Shown piece after piece: positions 14,006 to 28,589 of a DNA stretch of 64,000 nt; position 1 is the first letter of the stretch; the number at the start of each line of letters is the position of its first letter. Below the pieces are notes generated by a model. It saw only the letters and a program-made list of their open reading frames with translations. It was not told the origin of the DNA and searched no databases. Made by a program: the position numbers and the translations under genes. Source of the stretch: Squalus acanthias. Taxonomy: Eukaryota. The stretch is taken from the NCBI GenBank assembly GCA_030390025.1, contig CM059441.1:41788001-41852000 (forward strand), read 5' to 3'.

Positions 14006-16014
14006 TGCTCCCTTTCCTTTCAAAACTTCAGTTGGTCAGATAAGTTTCACAAAGCATGGAAGAGATATTGGGAAGTGGTCAGTGCATTTTTATATCTCAT
14101 CAGTTGCCTCTATTATGCCATACCTAGAACAGAGCCAATACCTTGTTTATAGTGGGGAAAATACAGCCAAGTTGACCTGCACCTTGAAGGATTGACTCTT
14201 ATTAATACAGTATAAACGGTAACATTGGAAAAGTAGGACTAAAACAACATCTTTTTAATTGATTACGTCTATGTTGAACTGTTTTAAGAGTTCCAGGAGC
14301 TATGCTGATGACTCTGCACAGAGCATGGCCATTGGCAGTCCTGCTTCTTTCTGTTCTGGTTGCAGGTAGTTTTCTGTGGATATGGCTCCTCTATGGCTCT
14401 AAGAAGGAGTGCAGTGTAAAAAAAACAACGTTTCATGCACACTGTCTTGTTTGATCACAATCTGTACAGACAAAGCCTTGTCCATTTTTCCTGTGAACTG
14501 ATGTAGCTGTGATATGTCGAGATGGAAGGTTTGTTTATAGGTCACATGGCTTTCACTGCCATCATCTCTCATTGCCTGTTGAATGCAGTGCTTCAAAAAA
14601 CATTTTGCACACCCATAATTGTCTAAATTGTAAACCCGTTTCATTAAGGATTGTTTTTGTAACAAAATTTAGTTATTTCAATTATTTTGAATTAGTCTTG
14701 TATTTCTTCTTACAAATAGGGTTTTAATCAAACATTTTTAATGCTGATTGTAGCATTTGTTGTATTAAGGTGGGACGTGTACCTTTGCTAATCAAGTGGT
14801 ATCTACTTTTTGGTCAGCTGAAAAAGACAAACAATTTGTTAGCTTGTAAATAGCTTTGACACCATCTTGCCATTTGTAGTATTTTTGCTATCATTCTGTT
14901 CTGCCCTGTCCCAAGTCTTCCCTACACTTTAATGATTAGCCCCTACTTCAAGCAGTGGTGCATTCTTTTTTCTGCTTAAAATGCAAGTAATTTGTTTGAG
15001 TAAATTTACTTCAGTTGCAGCCAAAAGCAGCTGTCATTACCAGATACAAGTCACTTCCAGAAAGAGTTAACACAATTGAAGTAGTTTCCTTATTTATCTA
15101 TCTGCTTTTTACTGGGAGCCTGGACTGCTTCAAATTAGCCTGAATGACAGATGCAGGTTTTATTAATATTGTGCAACGGATGTTGTTATGAAGCTAAAGA
15201 GGAACAAAGTTAATAAAGAGATGGCTGAACAGAATAGCTCATTCTTGACGCACAGACAGCAATTAATACTTTGTCACTGTTAACATGAGGCATGCTAGGA
15301 TTAGAAATTTGGGAGCTTGTCTCAACATGGTATGTGCTTAAGTGAGCATGACGCCCAGCAAGTGTTGTTTCGAGGTCGCTTGAAAATGCTTAGTGGCAGA
15401 TGCAGTAAATCTTGAAGTCACATCCACAAATTAGGTCGAAGTATAAAACAGGAATCATTTTACATTGGAATTTGAGGTAGATTCTGATTAACAGGCAGTA
15501 CTTTCTGGTTACACGGGACAGCAGGCATCGAAGGAGACTGAGATTCTTCTCCTCCGCCCACCCCTCCAAAAAGTGCCTTAAACCATTACCAATGAGATAA
15601 TGGGTACATAGGCTTCTAAGCCACTGCTATGCCACTCTTAATTCAGCAAGTAGGAGATGTGCAAGAGAGGCTCAGGGTGACTTTGCTTAACTTCATTCTG
15701 TCTGGATAAGTGACAGGCCTCTGCTTGGCATCTGCCCGGAAGGTATTGAAATCAGGAACTTCCAGTACAGTATGCCCGAACATGTATACATGCTGCCAGT
15801 GGTTTAGCATTGTTTTTCTCACCATTTTACCCCTCTCCTGAAATGCCGATTACTGCTTTGGTGAGGTACATTAACCAAGTGTCTGTTCATGTATGGGGAT
15901 AGATGGTGAGTTTTAGCAGTTTTTATTATCACAGCTGAAGCCAGCCTGCCCTTAATTGACATTTACACACCTGCACATTCCAGCAGGGATTACTGAATAG
16001 CAATCGGACAATTC

Positions 16015-16084
16015 TTTCTTCCTCCTCTCCCCCTCCTCCTCTCTCCCTCCTCCTCCCCCCTCCTCCCTCCTCCTCCTCCTCCTC
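16015..16084. repeat. Imperfect (CCT)n pyrimidine microsatellite
   Basis: cctcctctccccctcctcctctctccctcctcctccccctcctccctcctcctcctcctcctcc. Confidence 0.9.
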
Positions 16085-18589
16085 CAAGTCTAGGAGTGTT
16101 GATACCAAGTAGCCAATCACCAAATTGACGGAGATCAGCTAACTCAGCAGTCTGGGAATCAAACCAACGATCTTCTGATCTGGATAGCCTAGTGTTACTC
16201 TGGGTGGCCAGTCCAACACCGGCATCTCCGCATCATGGTGCCTTTTACCCATAGGTATTGAGATCTGAATTGTGTTTAGTGTTTACAACTGCAGTAAGGC
16301 CCCAGTTGAAGGAATAACCTATTTAACTTCTGATTAATTTGAATTGGTAATTTCAGATGTAGTCCATATCTTGGTTATAATCTTGAATTTACGATGTTCT
16401 GATTTATATACCAGTTTTCAGAATTTAGATCATAACCTTTTTTCCCCCCATTCAGGATCCATTGCAAGGCATAATGAGCATGCTGCTAACCAAGATGGTT
16501 TGAAAGCTAATACTAAGCAGCCTTTTTATTGAGGAATTACATTGGAAACGTTACAGAAAGTTTCAAACTGAACTTGAAAATTGGCTTGTGTTTCTTCAAG
16601 AAAATGCGGTAGAATAAAATTGATCAAAGCGATCTTTCCACTCAGGATCTGTGGTTATGTAAACATGTGGACATACATTGAGAATTGTGGATTAGTCTCC
16701 TGATTGTATAAATGCCTGGATCTATTTACAGCAGATGATTGTTCTGTTTAAGCACTCTGAATACAATTACATAATCAAGGGCAGGATTACAGCGAATGTC
16801 GCATGAGGCCAAAAACTGGTTAGAATCACTTTTAAATTCATTTATTCTGTAATCCAAACTTTAGCTGGAATTTTAAATCCATACAGATTGCTGTAGCTAT
16901 TCTAAATTCGTTTTAATGTATAGATACAACTGCCCTATGAGCTGTTGCATCCATTGATCTATTTTGTGCTGCACACACTGTTGAGAATCAATACTTAAGT
17001 TATGCAATAATTTTCACCTTTGCTTCAATTTAAGCTCTGTATACATCCACTTGTACGTTCACGTTGTTTTCTGGGTTCTCTCAAGTGCTTGTCCATTTCA
17101 AAACTGATGTCATTGAGTCTTAAAAATGTTCTCCCTTTCTAGCTTTAGACTATTCTTAATCCTAGAATCTTACAAAGATTTCAGCAATTCAAAAATACCT
17201 GGTCTGTCTTGAGAACTTTAAGGGCTGGGAATTTGTAAATTGGCAAAGTAGTTCTTATCAGCAATTCTCCATAACCAGGATTAAGTTTGATTCAGGAAAT
17301 GGGTGAATGCAAGGACGACTATCTAATTAGAATGTAAAAGTTCGTCATTTACTTTTTATTTTGTTTATGGACTGGAGGTAAAATTTTTTTTTTTACCTTT
17401 TTCTTCCAGTGTATAATATTTTGGTAACGGAAGGGTGTTAGTAATACTGTCATATAGCCCCTGACGCTCTGCCTACGCGTCTTTAAGGCATCCAGTCGTA
17501 AATATTTCCCAAGAAAGTCATTTAAAATGTAATTTGTAGAATATGGATATACTGTAGATAGAATATAGATCCTTGCTGTTTGTGAGTGGCATTGTGGTTA
17601 TGGAAGATATAGTTGCAATGTTTTTGTCACATGCAGTTCAGTTGCTTGTATATTGGCACTGAGAGATTAGTAGTGTGCATGTTTATATTTAGCATTGAAA
17701 GAGAGTTGCTGCTATTGCTTGACATGTTAAGTGCCTGTGTTGATTTAATTACATTATTTTAAATGGTATCCGTTTAAAACCAAAACACTCCATACTCCTA
17801 AATGCTATCCCATTGAATTATAAATGGTCATTTTGTGCTATAGTAAATTAGCCTCATGGTGACCAAAGTACTGTATAAGACAGTTGAACTGATGAGCAAA
17901 TATTTTGGAACTGATTTGAGGTCGAGAAGGCTGAGGAGGGATAGTGCACCACGGTCACAGTTTATTTTATGAAAGCAGTTGTCAAATTCTTGAGCTTGCT
18001 ATTAGAAATACACATGTTCCAGCATTACTTTTCATATGCATGTTAATACTGTGCATATTGGAAGGCTCTGCCATCTTAATTGGTCCAGATGTTTTAAAAT
18101 TGCTTCAGGTAAGTAAATAAAGGGTCTTGAACTACATGGAATACTAACATTATACAGTAATGTTAAATATATTGTACCTCTTTTAGCACTCTAGCTTCGG
18201 TGCCACATTCATGTTTCTATGATTGTAAATGCAACGGTAATATTAGAATGCTCTTTACTGCACAAACAGAAGCAAGACCTCCATGCAGTAGTGTTGAAGA
18301 TGATTTGGATTTATATAGCACCATATCACATTAAAATGTTTCACACAATTAATTAAAGGCCAACATTGTGTTCCATGGGATCATTGTACATTAATATGTC
18401 AGTACATTAATATGTCAGTACTTTACCCTCTCTTGTTTATATACTGAAATGATGCTGTCTTTTACTGGATGTTTGCTCAGGGAGCATTGCCACAAGCTGC
18501 ATTGAACAAAATCATGAATGCATGTGTTACCTCTGTGGTGCTTCCAATTTGGAGAGAGTCAGACCAGTTGAGGGTGTGGCCTTTATAAT

Positions 18590-19140
18590 ACTACTTCCCC
18601 ATCCATGGCTTTCACTTCCAGACTCTTCTATTCCAGTGGTCTCCTGGCTGGCTTCTCATCCTTCACCCTCCCAAACAGCTCATGCAAACCTCAGTCCGTT
18701 TCCTATCCCACACTAAGTGCAGCTCACCTATCACCTCTCTCTTTGCTGACCTACATTCGTTCCCAGTGCCTCAAATTTAAAATTCTTATCCTCGTGTTTA
18801 TGTCCCTCCATGAGCTCGCACCTCCCTAATTCTGTAACTACCTCCGATCTTATAACTACCCAACATCTGTGTTCCTCCAATTATCATCTCTAGTTCATCC
18901 CCCTCTCTGCCCCAGCATTAGTGGCTGTGCCTTCAGCCGTCTCGACCTTATACTGTGGAATTCCCTCCCATAACTCTTCTGCCTCCCTCTCTTCCTTTTA
19001 AGACCCTCCTTAAAACCTACCTCTTTAATCAAACTTTTAGTCACCACCTAATATCACCTCCTTTGGGGCAGTGTCAATTTTTGTTTTATGCTTCTGTGAA
19101 GTGCTTTGGGACATTTTTTACATTAAAAGCGCTATAAAGA
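18590..19140 (+). mobile_element. L2 3' fragment
   Basis: LKFKILILVF and FKTLLKTYLF motifs. Tail aaagcgctata. Confidence 0.75.
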
Positions 19141-20275
19141 AAAAACTTGCATTTATATAGCGCCTTTTACAATCTCTGGACCAATGAAGTACTTTTTGAA
19201 GTGTAGGAAATGCAACAGCCAATTTACGCACAGCAATGATACATAAACAGCATCTGTTTTAGGTGTTGGTTGAGAGAGAAATGTTGGCCAGGACACGGAA
19301 AACTCCCCTGCTCTTCTTCGAATAGTGCCATTGGATCTTTTGGGCTGGATTTTCATTGACCCATGGAGGCGGGTTTGGAGGCGTGTGGGGGGGTTAAAAT
19401 TGCGAAAATTGGCGGGCGGGCACAAGTCCGCCTCCATCCCGCCTCCACGCAATTTTCATTAAATCGTGTCTGCTGGTCCCGACTCCGTCCTGCCTTTAAG
19501 AGGCGGGATAGGCTGTTAAGGCCCTTAACAAGCACTAAATTGGCTCTATAATGCCATTTTGAAAGGCCTTTGTGATTTTAACCCTTGATCTACGTGAAGC
19601 ACGCCTGTTCTGAACCACGATTGTGAAACCCGGCGGGAGCACATTTGGATAGCTGACTATCAGCTACAGGTCCACTATTACAACGGAGATGTACTGAGGG
19701 TAGTAGTAGTAGGTCTGAAAGTCGCCTCTGATGCTGCTGCATTGAAGGTCTTTGGACTCTCTCTGTCTGTCTCTCTCCAGACTTAGAACTGCTGCTCATT
19801 TGGCATCCAGGTCCTCTCACAGCAAAGGCCAGGCAGTCTCTGACCTTCAATGCAGCAGCAATGATGACATCATGAGAGGCGACTTTCAGACTGAAACCAC
19901 TAATTGGTTCATGGGTTCCCACATGCTGGAACTCAATTGCCCAATTAGGTGAAAATTGCATCAATCTCCCACATCCAATTGCAGTCGGGTGGATAACACG
20001 AAATGCGGATGACACGACCCCAACCCGCCCCAGTATCAAAATCCAGCCGTTTATGTCCACTTCCCCTGCTCTTCAAATAGTGAAGGGAGATCTTTTATGT
20101 CCATCTGAGAGGGCAGATGGGCTTCCGTTTAATGTCTCGCTGAAAAGACGGAACCTCCAACAATGCAGCACACCCTCAGTACTACAGCTACAGCCAGCTT
20201 CAATTAAATCTCTGGAGTGGGGCCCATGACCTTTTGACTCGGAGAAAAGTCTACCAGTGAGCCAAGGCTGACATC
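19141..20275 (-). mobile_element. DeuSINE copy (minus strand) interrupted by a MITE
   Basis: Reverse-complement tail at 19146 (cttgcatttatatagcgcc). The body resumes after 20049 and continues to the head at ~20275. Confidence 0.75.
19342..20049. mobile_element. Non-autonomous DNA transposon/MITE, PIF-Harbinger-like
   Basis: TIRs GGGCTGGATTTT ... AAAATCCAGCCG plus subterminal inverted similarity (ggcgggtt...cgtgt). The host SINE reads gatcTTTT[insert]TTTatgtccac, consistent with a 3-bp TTT TSD. Confidence 0.75.
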
Positions 20276-22109
20276 AAATGCAAATATAAAGGCAAGTTGT
20301 CATGCTATGGATTTATGTCAGATGATTTATGCCAGGACACTGTTGTGCTAGTAAGACAACATATAATTAGAGGCATTAGTAGGTAGGAAATGCGTGCTTT
20401 GCATTTAGATTAACACATTGTGTAGCATTGCTGAAAGTTTACCCACTGAGATAATGCAGATTGCAGGTTTTGCAAAGCCTTGACACGCACAACACAGTAC
20501 TTTGTTAGAATGTTACTTAAGGAAACTATCAAAATAATCTAAGAAGTAAAGGTGGTCTAGACTTTTAGTAAAGTGCTCATTAAATGGTTTACACCATAGT
20601 TCTAAGCACCAGTGATGTGAACTGTTCCTTCCTGTGATTAAGAATATAAAATGTATGTATTTGTCTAATCAGTTGGTGACTGCATTGTTTTCCCTGTGTT
20701 CCATTTTGTTGTTTGAAATCTACTGGGTCTATTACTGACTGGGACAGCGTGGCACTTATGAATATATGATTTAATAATTTTAGAACATGAATGATCAAAT
20801 GTATTGCCACACTAGCTCTTAAAGGAAGTGTGCATTCTTGAATTGTAAGATTTTAAATAAAGGTAATCCTTTTTCCCCCTCCACGATATATTCTAATATA
20901 TATTAAGTTGGAATGGCAATTAGAAGTATAAGTTACAGTTTCCTATTCCATTGTAAAATATTTGTTTCAAGCACCATATCCATTTAGGAGAAGCTTTTTT
21001 TTTGTGGCCAGTAGATTCGGAACTGAACGGCCTTGGATTTGTGTGCTGTTAACAATATTGTATTTCCAACATGTTTTAATTTACTTGGGGCTGAGCCTTT
21101 TGATCTTGTAAGAAGGAGACTTGCCTCAATGGGCATTTACTTTAGTGGGGAGAGGGCACTAATTGCAGAGGGTTAAACTTGCATTTGATACCCAATGTAA
21201 TGTGAATGGCCAGACTCCAACATGTATGAGCCGTGATAAATTAGCCTATAGCAACGTTACATCATGCTAACTGCAGTATCTGCATCAAAAGTGCACAAAT
21301 GATACCACTTCCTTTTTTTGCTGGAAATGGGACTAGGTTGTCACAGACCAGTGCACCCCGAATCTTTTGTGAGCGCTTATGTGTGTTGCGTGCTCAAAAC
21401 ATGATTGCTATGCTTTATTTGCATATACCTGAAACTTGGATTCAAATTTTCACCTCCTAGCTTAACCCTTACAATCTTGGAAACTAATTTTAGTTGGTAT
21501 GAAACCAGCTGGGTTCCAGTAAAACTTGCTGCTTAATAAGATTTTAGTGTGATGGCAGATGTGCTAAGACTGTACATAATGCAAGTAATAGTAGAGGTCA
21601 AGATAAAATATTTGTAAATGGTACATGTTTGTACCTATGGTGGCACCAATCCACTGGAAAAAAAAACACCTTTACTGTTGGAAATTTTGTGAAAATCACT
21701 TTCTAGTGGGTTTCTTTTGTGAATGTGCGAGAATGCACATTGGGAAATAATGGTTCGGAAAGACTGAAAGGCACCAACCGTAAGATGTAACAGTTGAGTT
21801 TTTATTTTGGATCGACCACCACTCTCTGCCATGATTTCTATATTTATAAAATACAGTACAGTATTCTTGAATTGAACACACTTAAAAATGGGTTTGCATT
21901 TTTATTTTAAAATATTGCTTGAATTGGTGGAAAATAGTGTGGATATAGTAAGAGAATGCACCGTGCTCTAGTTTCTCTTTGGATCATATAAATCTTTCGC
22001 CTTTTACTAAAGTTTCCTGTGGTTATGCTTGAAATGATATTGATACAAAGTGAGCATGTTTGAAGTTGAATGTTCATCTGGGCTAAGTGGTTCATGAAAA
22101 ATTGAATTG

Positions 22110-22885
22110 CTTAGAATCTTACAGCACAGAAGGAGGCCATTTGGCCCATCGTGCCTGTGCCATCTCTTTAGAAAGAGCTATCCAATTAGTCCCACTCCCC
22201 TGCTCTTTCCCCGTAGCCCTGCAAATTTTTCATTTTCAAGTATATGCTTAATTCCCTTTTGAAAGTTACTATTAAATCTGCTTCCACCACCCTTTCAAGC
22301 AGTGCATTCAGATCATAACTCGCTACTTTAAAAAAAATTCCTCTCATCTCCCCCTTGGTTCTTTTGCCAGTTATCAGATGTGTGCCCTCTGGTTATTGAC
22401 CCACCCACCAGCGGAAACAGTTTCACCTTATTTACTCTATCAAAACCCCTCGCAATTTTGAGTACCCTTAACCGTCTCTTTAGTTTATATTTCCACTCCT
22501 TATTCTTCCTCCCAGAATGCATACTTCACACTTCTCTGCATTAAATTTCATCTGCCATGTGTCTGCCCATTTCACCAGTCTGTCTGTCCTCCTATAGTCT
22601 GCTACTATCCTCATTGTTTACTACATTTTCAAGTTTTGTATCATTTGAAATTGTGCCCCCTATACCCAAGTGCAGGTTGTTAATGTATATCAAAAAGAGC
22701 AGTGGCCCAATACTGACCACTGAGGGACACCACTGTATACTTCCCTCCAGTGTGAAAAAACAAGCATTCACCACTACTCTCTGCTTTCTGTCTCTTAGCC
22801 AATATAGTATCCATGCTGCCACTGCCCCTTCAATCCCATGAGCTTCAATTTGGTAACAAGTCTGTTATGTGGCATGTTATCAAAC
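22110..22885 (-). mobile_element. CR1 LINE 3' fragment
   Basis: WLRDRKQRVVVN...GPLLFLIYIN and LFPLVGGSITRGH remnants. Confidence 0.85.
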
Positions 22886-25606
22886 TTCTGTCCTGACATT
22901 TTGGCTAAGTTTGGCTCTGTTAGTTAATTAAAAATATTTTCTGAAATGATAACACTGTTTTCCTTTGGGCAGCTGACACTGTCTTTTGAAAGTTACAGCA
23001 GAAAATTCCTGAGAGTATGTTGAAATTGAGATGGGGCCCCACAAAGAAAAGTTTGAAAACCACTGATTTAAGTTACATTCTAAAGGAAACAAGGACATAA
23101 TTCTTCATAAGATTTTGGCAGTGATCTGGTTGATATCTGATTCCTCCATTGCTGCATGGTTCACCCATCCATTTTATGTGGAAAAAAAAGTTCTGCATCT
23201 CTGCTCCTTGTATTTACATTCAGAGTGGGGGATGAGAGTTTACAGAATCAAACAAATGACAAATGCCACTTCACTGCCCTAGAAAATAAATGACTTAATT
23301 TTTACGTTCCTATCTAAATACAGGTAGCGCTAAAAATTCAGTAAATATACTGATCTTTCTCAAAAATGATATACAGTACATTGCATAGTATAGGGGTTTC
23401 TAGTGCTATGTTGATGAATGTTGTGTGGCACTGAGCTATACTGACCGCAAAGGTCTGAATTCAATCCCTGGCCTACTCGGCGGATTTAGCTAATGTCAGG
23501 TGGTTGGAAAGTTGGAGGTGGTATTTTTTGCTTCTCCATATTTATCCCTGCTGGAAGTGGGAACACTAGGTGAAGAACATTTCCTTTTGGGGCAGGCAGT
23601 GAAGCTTGCTGCAAAGGATCTTCCCTTCTAGTGGTGTATTCAGAAAATATCGCAGAACACCAAACCTTCCCCTTGTACTACATTCTCACCGCTTGGTTAT
23701 ATGGCTTTTTTTTTTGGTGACTCTTATTCTACCTGATATCTAATTTTTTGGCAAGTTTTGTGATATTTTCATGACATGGAAAATCTTGTACTCAGGGTCA
23801 CATTTTTCTGATGTAAGCAAATTCCTGGCAATATCTTAACTCCTGAACATTACCAAGTGGCTTTCTGCTCTGTTTATTATTAGGTTTGACTGTATGCAGC
23901 GGCTCCCAGTTTAATTAAATAGTTCAGTTAACAGCTACTTAATTGACTACGGCTACCAATTAGATATTAAAATCTGGTAATTCGGCCAGAATCTTGATGC
24001 ACAGCAGTGGCAGCACTGAAGCCTCAGTGAGAGTAGTGTGGCCCAATAGATACAAGACAAAATCAACTTACACTGGCGCTCGTTTAGGTGAGATTCTGGG
24101 AGAGCAGCACCCATGAGCTGGCTCCTTGTATTTACACTAAGTTCAGCTGCTTTATCCCAACAGCACAGTCAGAGACTTCGTTTTTTGTGGCAGCCAGATT
24201 TATGGTGTAAACATGAGGAGCCGGATAGTGGATTTCGATCTTCCAGAATCTCCACCAAACAAGTACATGTAAAACACCATTTATATCTCGCCTTTTAATT
24301 TAAAAAAAAGTGTTCCAAGGTTTTGGCAGAATGAAAACAGATGCCAAACAGGAAGGAAGATTGTTAGGAGCGGTTGAAGAAATGGGTTTTTGAGGAGGTT
24401 AGACTAACTTCTAATATTCCAGGACACTTGATACCACTGCCGGCATTGATCCACAGTCTCTGAATTATACTGAAATGGTGCACCCTGTCTATAAATGTTA
24501 CAGTACAAAATACCGATCGATACCTGCTCAACAGATTGTAGTTAAAATGGCAACCAAACTGACCAAGTGTATTTAGACAATACTTTGCCTTTTATTCATT
24601 TATTTTTCTGGTTTATTAACACGTGCTTTCTCCTCATCTGAAGTGGCTCGCGCATGTGAAGTACCTGCCCTAAGTGGCCATTTTTTCTGTGAGTGTCTGC
24701 AGACTATTTGGCCATTTGAAGGGGTCCACTTTTTGCCAAGCCTGATGAAGATTGAGCCTATGATCTTTTAAGCAGTATGCTTTAGGGCTACTGCATGTGA
24801 TGCCTCTACTGTAGTCATGGGAAGGGGAGGGAAAAGTATCTTTTTAATGGCCTGTTGTTTCTGTGAACTGCAGCCCTTTTACCCAAGTTTACATGCAACC
24901 AAATGGCCCATTTTGTAGGTATGTGTTTTACCTCTAATATTCTTAACTGTATAATTAGCCTATTTGCTTTAGAATCAGAATTAACAGCAGGGAAGGAGGT
25001 CATTTAGCTCATCATGGTGCTAGAGTTATTCACTCGAATCCAATTTCCCTGCCCTTTCCCCATATCTTCTGATATTCTTCGTTTTGAAATACTTATCCAA
25101 TTCCCTTTTCAGAGTTGATATCGTCTCTGCTCAAATAGCTTCTTATGGTATTTACTGTCAACCAGTGGAAGCAATTTTTATAATTTTAGAAACAGACTGG
25201 TTGGTTATTGATATTGGAAATACTACATCACAACTTTATACAGCACCTTTATTGTAGAAAATATCTTGAGGCACTTTACAGAGAGGGGAAGAAAATAAAT
25301 GGATAATGGAAATAAACGAATGGATGTCAGGCCATGGTGGGAGAGTTAGAAGAGATGATTGAAAGCTTGTTTCAAGGGTGAGTTTGGAGAAGGTTTTTAA
25401 AAGACGCAGAGAGTTGCAGTGAAGCAGAAGGGTTTAGGCATGGAATTTCAAAGAGTAGGGCCGAGGTGACTGAAGTGTCTGTCATGACGGGATGGGCAGG
25501 GGCTGGGGGATGCATAAAAAAGGCCACTATCTGAGAACTGGAGTGGGTGGGGTTTGAAAATAGGAGAATGTTACTGAGATGGGATGGGTAAGGCTGTGGA
25601 GGGATA

Positions 25607-26905
25607 TTTTTTATTCATTCATGGGATGTGGGTGTCGCTGGCAAGGCCAGCATTTATTGCCCATCCCCAATTGCCCTTGAGAAGGTGATGGTGAGCCGCC
25701 GCCTTGAACCGCTACAGTCCGTGGTGAAGGTAGTCCCACAGTGCTGTTAGGGAGGGAGATCCAAGATTTTGACCCAGCGACGATGAAGGATCGGCGATAT
25801 ATTTCCAGGTCAAGATGGTGTTTGACTTGGAGGGGAACTTGCAGGTGGTGGTGCTCCCATGCGCCTGCTGCCCTTGTCCTTCTAGATGGTAGAGATCACG
25901 GGTTTGGGAGGTGCTGTTGAAGCATTGGCGAGTTGCTGCAGTGCATCTTGTAGATGGTACACACTGCAGCCACGGTGCGCCAGTGGTGGAAGGAGTAATG
26001 TTTAAGGTGGTGGATGGGGTGCCAATTAAGCAGGCTGCTTTATCCTGCATGGTGATGAGCTTCTTGAGTGGTGTTGGAGCTGCACTCATCCAGGCACGTG
26101 GAAAGCATTCCATCACACTCCTGACTTGTGCCTTGTAGGTGTTGGAAAGGCTTTTGGGAGTCAGGAGGTGAGTCACTCACTGCAGAATACCTAGCCTCTG
26201 ACCTGCTCTTGTAGCCACAGTATTTATGTGGCTGGTCCAGTTAAGTTTCTGGTCAATGGTGACCCCCCAGGATGTTAATGGTGGGAGATTCAACGATAGT
26301 TATGACATTGAATGTCAAGGGGAGGTAGTTAGACTTTCTCTTGTTGGAGATGATCATTGCTTGGCACTTGTGTGGTGCGAATGTTTCTTGCCACTTATCA
26401 GCCCAAGCCTGAATGTTGTCAAGGTCTTGCTGCATGTGGGCACGGGCTGCTTAATTATCTGAGACTTGCGAATGGAACTGAACACTGCAATCATCAACAA
26501 ACATCCCCACTTCTGACCTTATGATGGAGGGAAGGTCATTGGTTAAGCAGCTGAAGATGGTTGAGCCTAGGACACTGCCTTCCAGGGGCTGAGCTGATTG
26601 GCCTCCAACAACCACAACCATCTTCTTTTGTGCTAGGTATGACTCCAGCCAGTGGAGCATTTTCCCCCTGATTCCCATTGACTTCAGTTTTACTAGGGCT
26701 CCTTGATGCCACACTCACTCAAATGCAGCCTTGATGTCAAGGGCAGTCACTCTCAGCTCACGTCTGAAATTCAACTCTTTTGACCATGTTTGGACCAAGG
26801 CTGTAATGAGGTCTGGAGCCAAGTGGTTCTGGTGGAACCCAAACTGCGCATCGGTGCGCAGGTTATTGGTGAGTAATTGCAGCTTGATAGCACTGTTGGC
26901 GACCA
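25607..26905 (-). mobile_element. LINE family A fragment (inverted relative to the 13118 copy), nested in L2 debris
   Basis: ORF pieces QFGFHQNH...ALDIKAAFE, LKSMGIRGKMLHWLESYL and MFVDD. Same 3' end as the 13118 copy. Confidence 0.87.
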
Positions 26906-27225
26906 ACAGCACAAAAGGTTGCCATTCAGCCCGCTGTGCCTGTGCTGGTTCTTAGAGTAGTCGTGCTTAGTCCCACATCCCCGTTTTTTTTGTCCGTAAC
27001 CCTTTAAGTTCCTCATCAACGACCCGTCCAACTCCCTTTTAAAATTATTTATGGAATCGGCTTCCACCACCTTTTAAGGTAGAGCGTTCCAGATCCCGAC
27101 AACTGAGTGGAAAAATTTCTCCTCATCTCCCCATTAGATCTTTTGCTAATAATTTTGACTCTGTGACCTCTGGTTATTGAGCCACTCGCCAGGGGTAATA
27201 GTTTTTCTTCATCTACTCTTATCAA
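26905..27225 (-). mobile_element. CR1 3' fragment
   Basis: RVDEEKLLPLASGSITRGHRVKI...RRNF remnant. Confidence 0.75.
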
Positions 27226-27890
27226 ATGTGACATCAACGTTTTGCACAGCCTGGTTTGGCCTGAGCAAGGGGCTGGGGAGGGGAATTGAATTGGTGACTC
27301 GGGAGTGGAGTTGATGATGGGGACTGAAAACAATTGCTTTGGTCTTCCTGATTTTCACTTGACTCAGACTTGGCGAGGTAGAGCTGTGTGTTAGCATAAA
27401 TATGTACAGTGACTGTGTGCCTGCAGATGATGTCGGCGAATGTTTTATCAATGTTTTGCGTATTAGGTGAATTTTGTTTTGAAGCATTTAATATTTTTAA
27501 TGAATGCCGAACTTCTTAGCTCCAGATTGGACAGCAACTCTTCAAAATAGGTGTTTGGGGAGTTCTGGCATAAACGTGGACAGTACTGACCTGCCAGCCC
27601 CATTCATTTCTTCATTAATTTTTGACTTTTAAAGTTGTACAGACATTTATTGCCTCGACTTTGAATTATCTTTTAAAAATTTACGGGTGTTCATCTGTTT
27701 CAATGTTTGATTTTTTGCCACTGTACATTCGTTCACACCTGCACCTTATGTAATGGCAGTAGAAATTTTAGTGGGAAGTTTCAAATGTTTAATGGCATGC
27801 TTCGTAACTAGTTGTTTAAATTTAGAATGCTGGTTTTAATCTCTTACTATAGTAATGCAAATCAATCTTGTATGAGTGGTAGTGCAATAA

Positions 27891-28046
<156 letters not shown>

Positions 28047-28589
28047 TGAGAGAAAATCTGTAAAATGTTAAATTTTAAATATTTGTGCATGTTATTGCTG
28101 ATAATATATCACCTTAAGAGAAGATAACTTCAGTAAATAGCTTTGTTTCTTAATCAATAGGAGGACTTTATTATGCTGAGACTATTAATTGTAATTGGGA
28201 TCTGCTTTAGAACACATCGGGCTGTTGGTCTTGAATACTTTCCTGATTTGTGTGGTAAAGTGGTAATCCCAGCTGTAAGACTGCCCATATTCAACTTGCA
28301 TGTTTGTAAGATAAAAGGCACTTCAATATTTCTTTTAAAAATGCCCAGTTTTCTATGTTCTAGTGGAGATTCACTTCTCTAATTTTAGAAGCTGTTGCCA
28401 GACTTACTGACTCTGCTTCTGCCCTGCACAAGATAGAAATGTTAACAGGGAGATATTGCCGGGAACCAATATAGAGTCACTCTCCCAAAATCAGCACTGC
28501 AGTGTAAAACCACTTGAGTGTCCGTCATCTGCAGGAGACCTAATCCAAAGATAAATTGATATTGCAGTTTCAAATGGGTGGTCACCAAG

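Noticed and set aside
18386-18421. Short tandem duplications (16 bp x2 here; ~27 bp x2 at 37591-37640; 10 bp x3 at 45541-45570)
   Set aside because: Ordinary slippage duplications with no sign of function.
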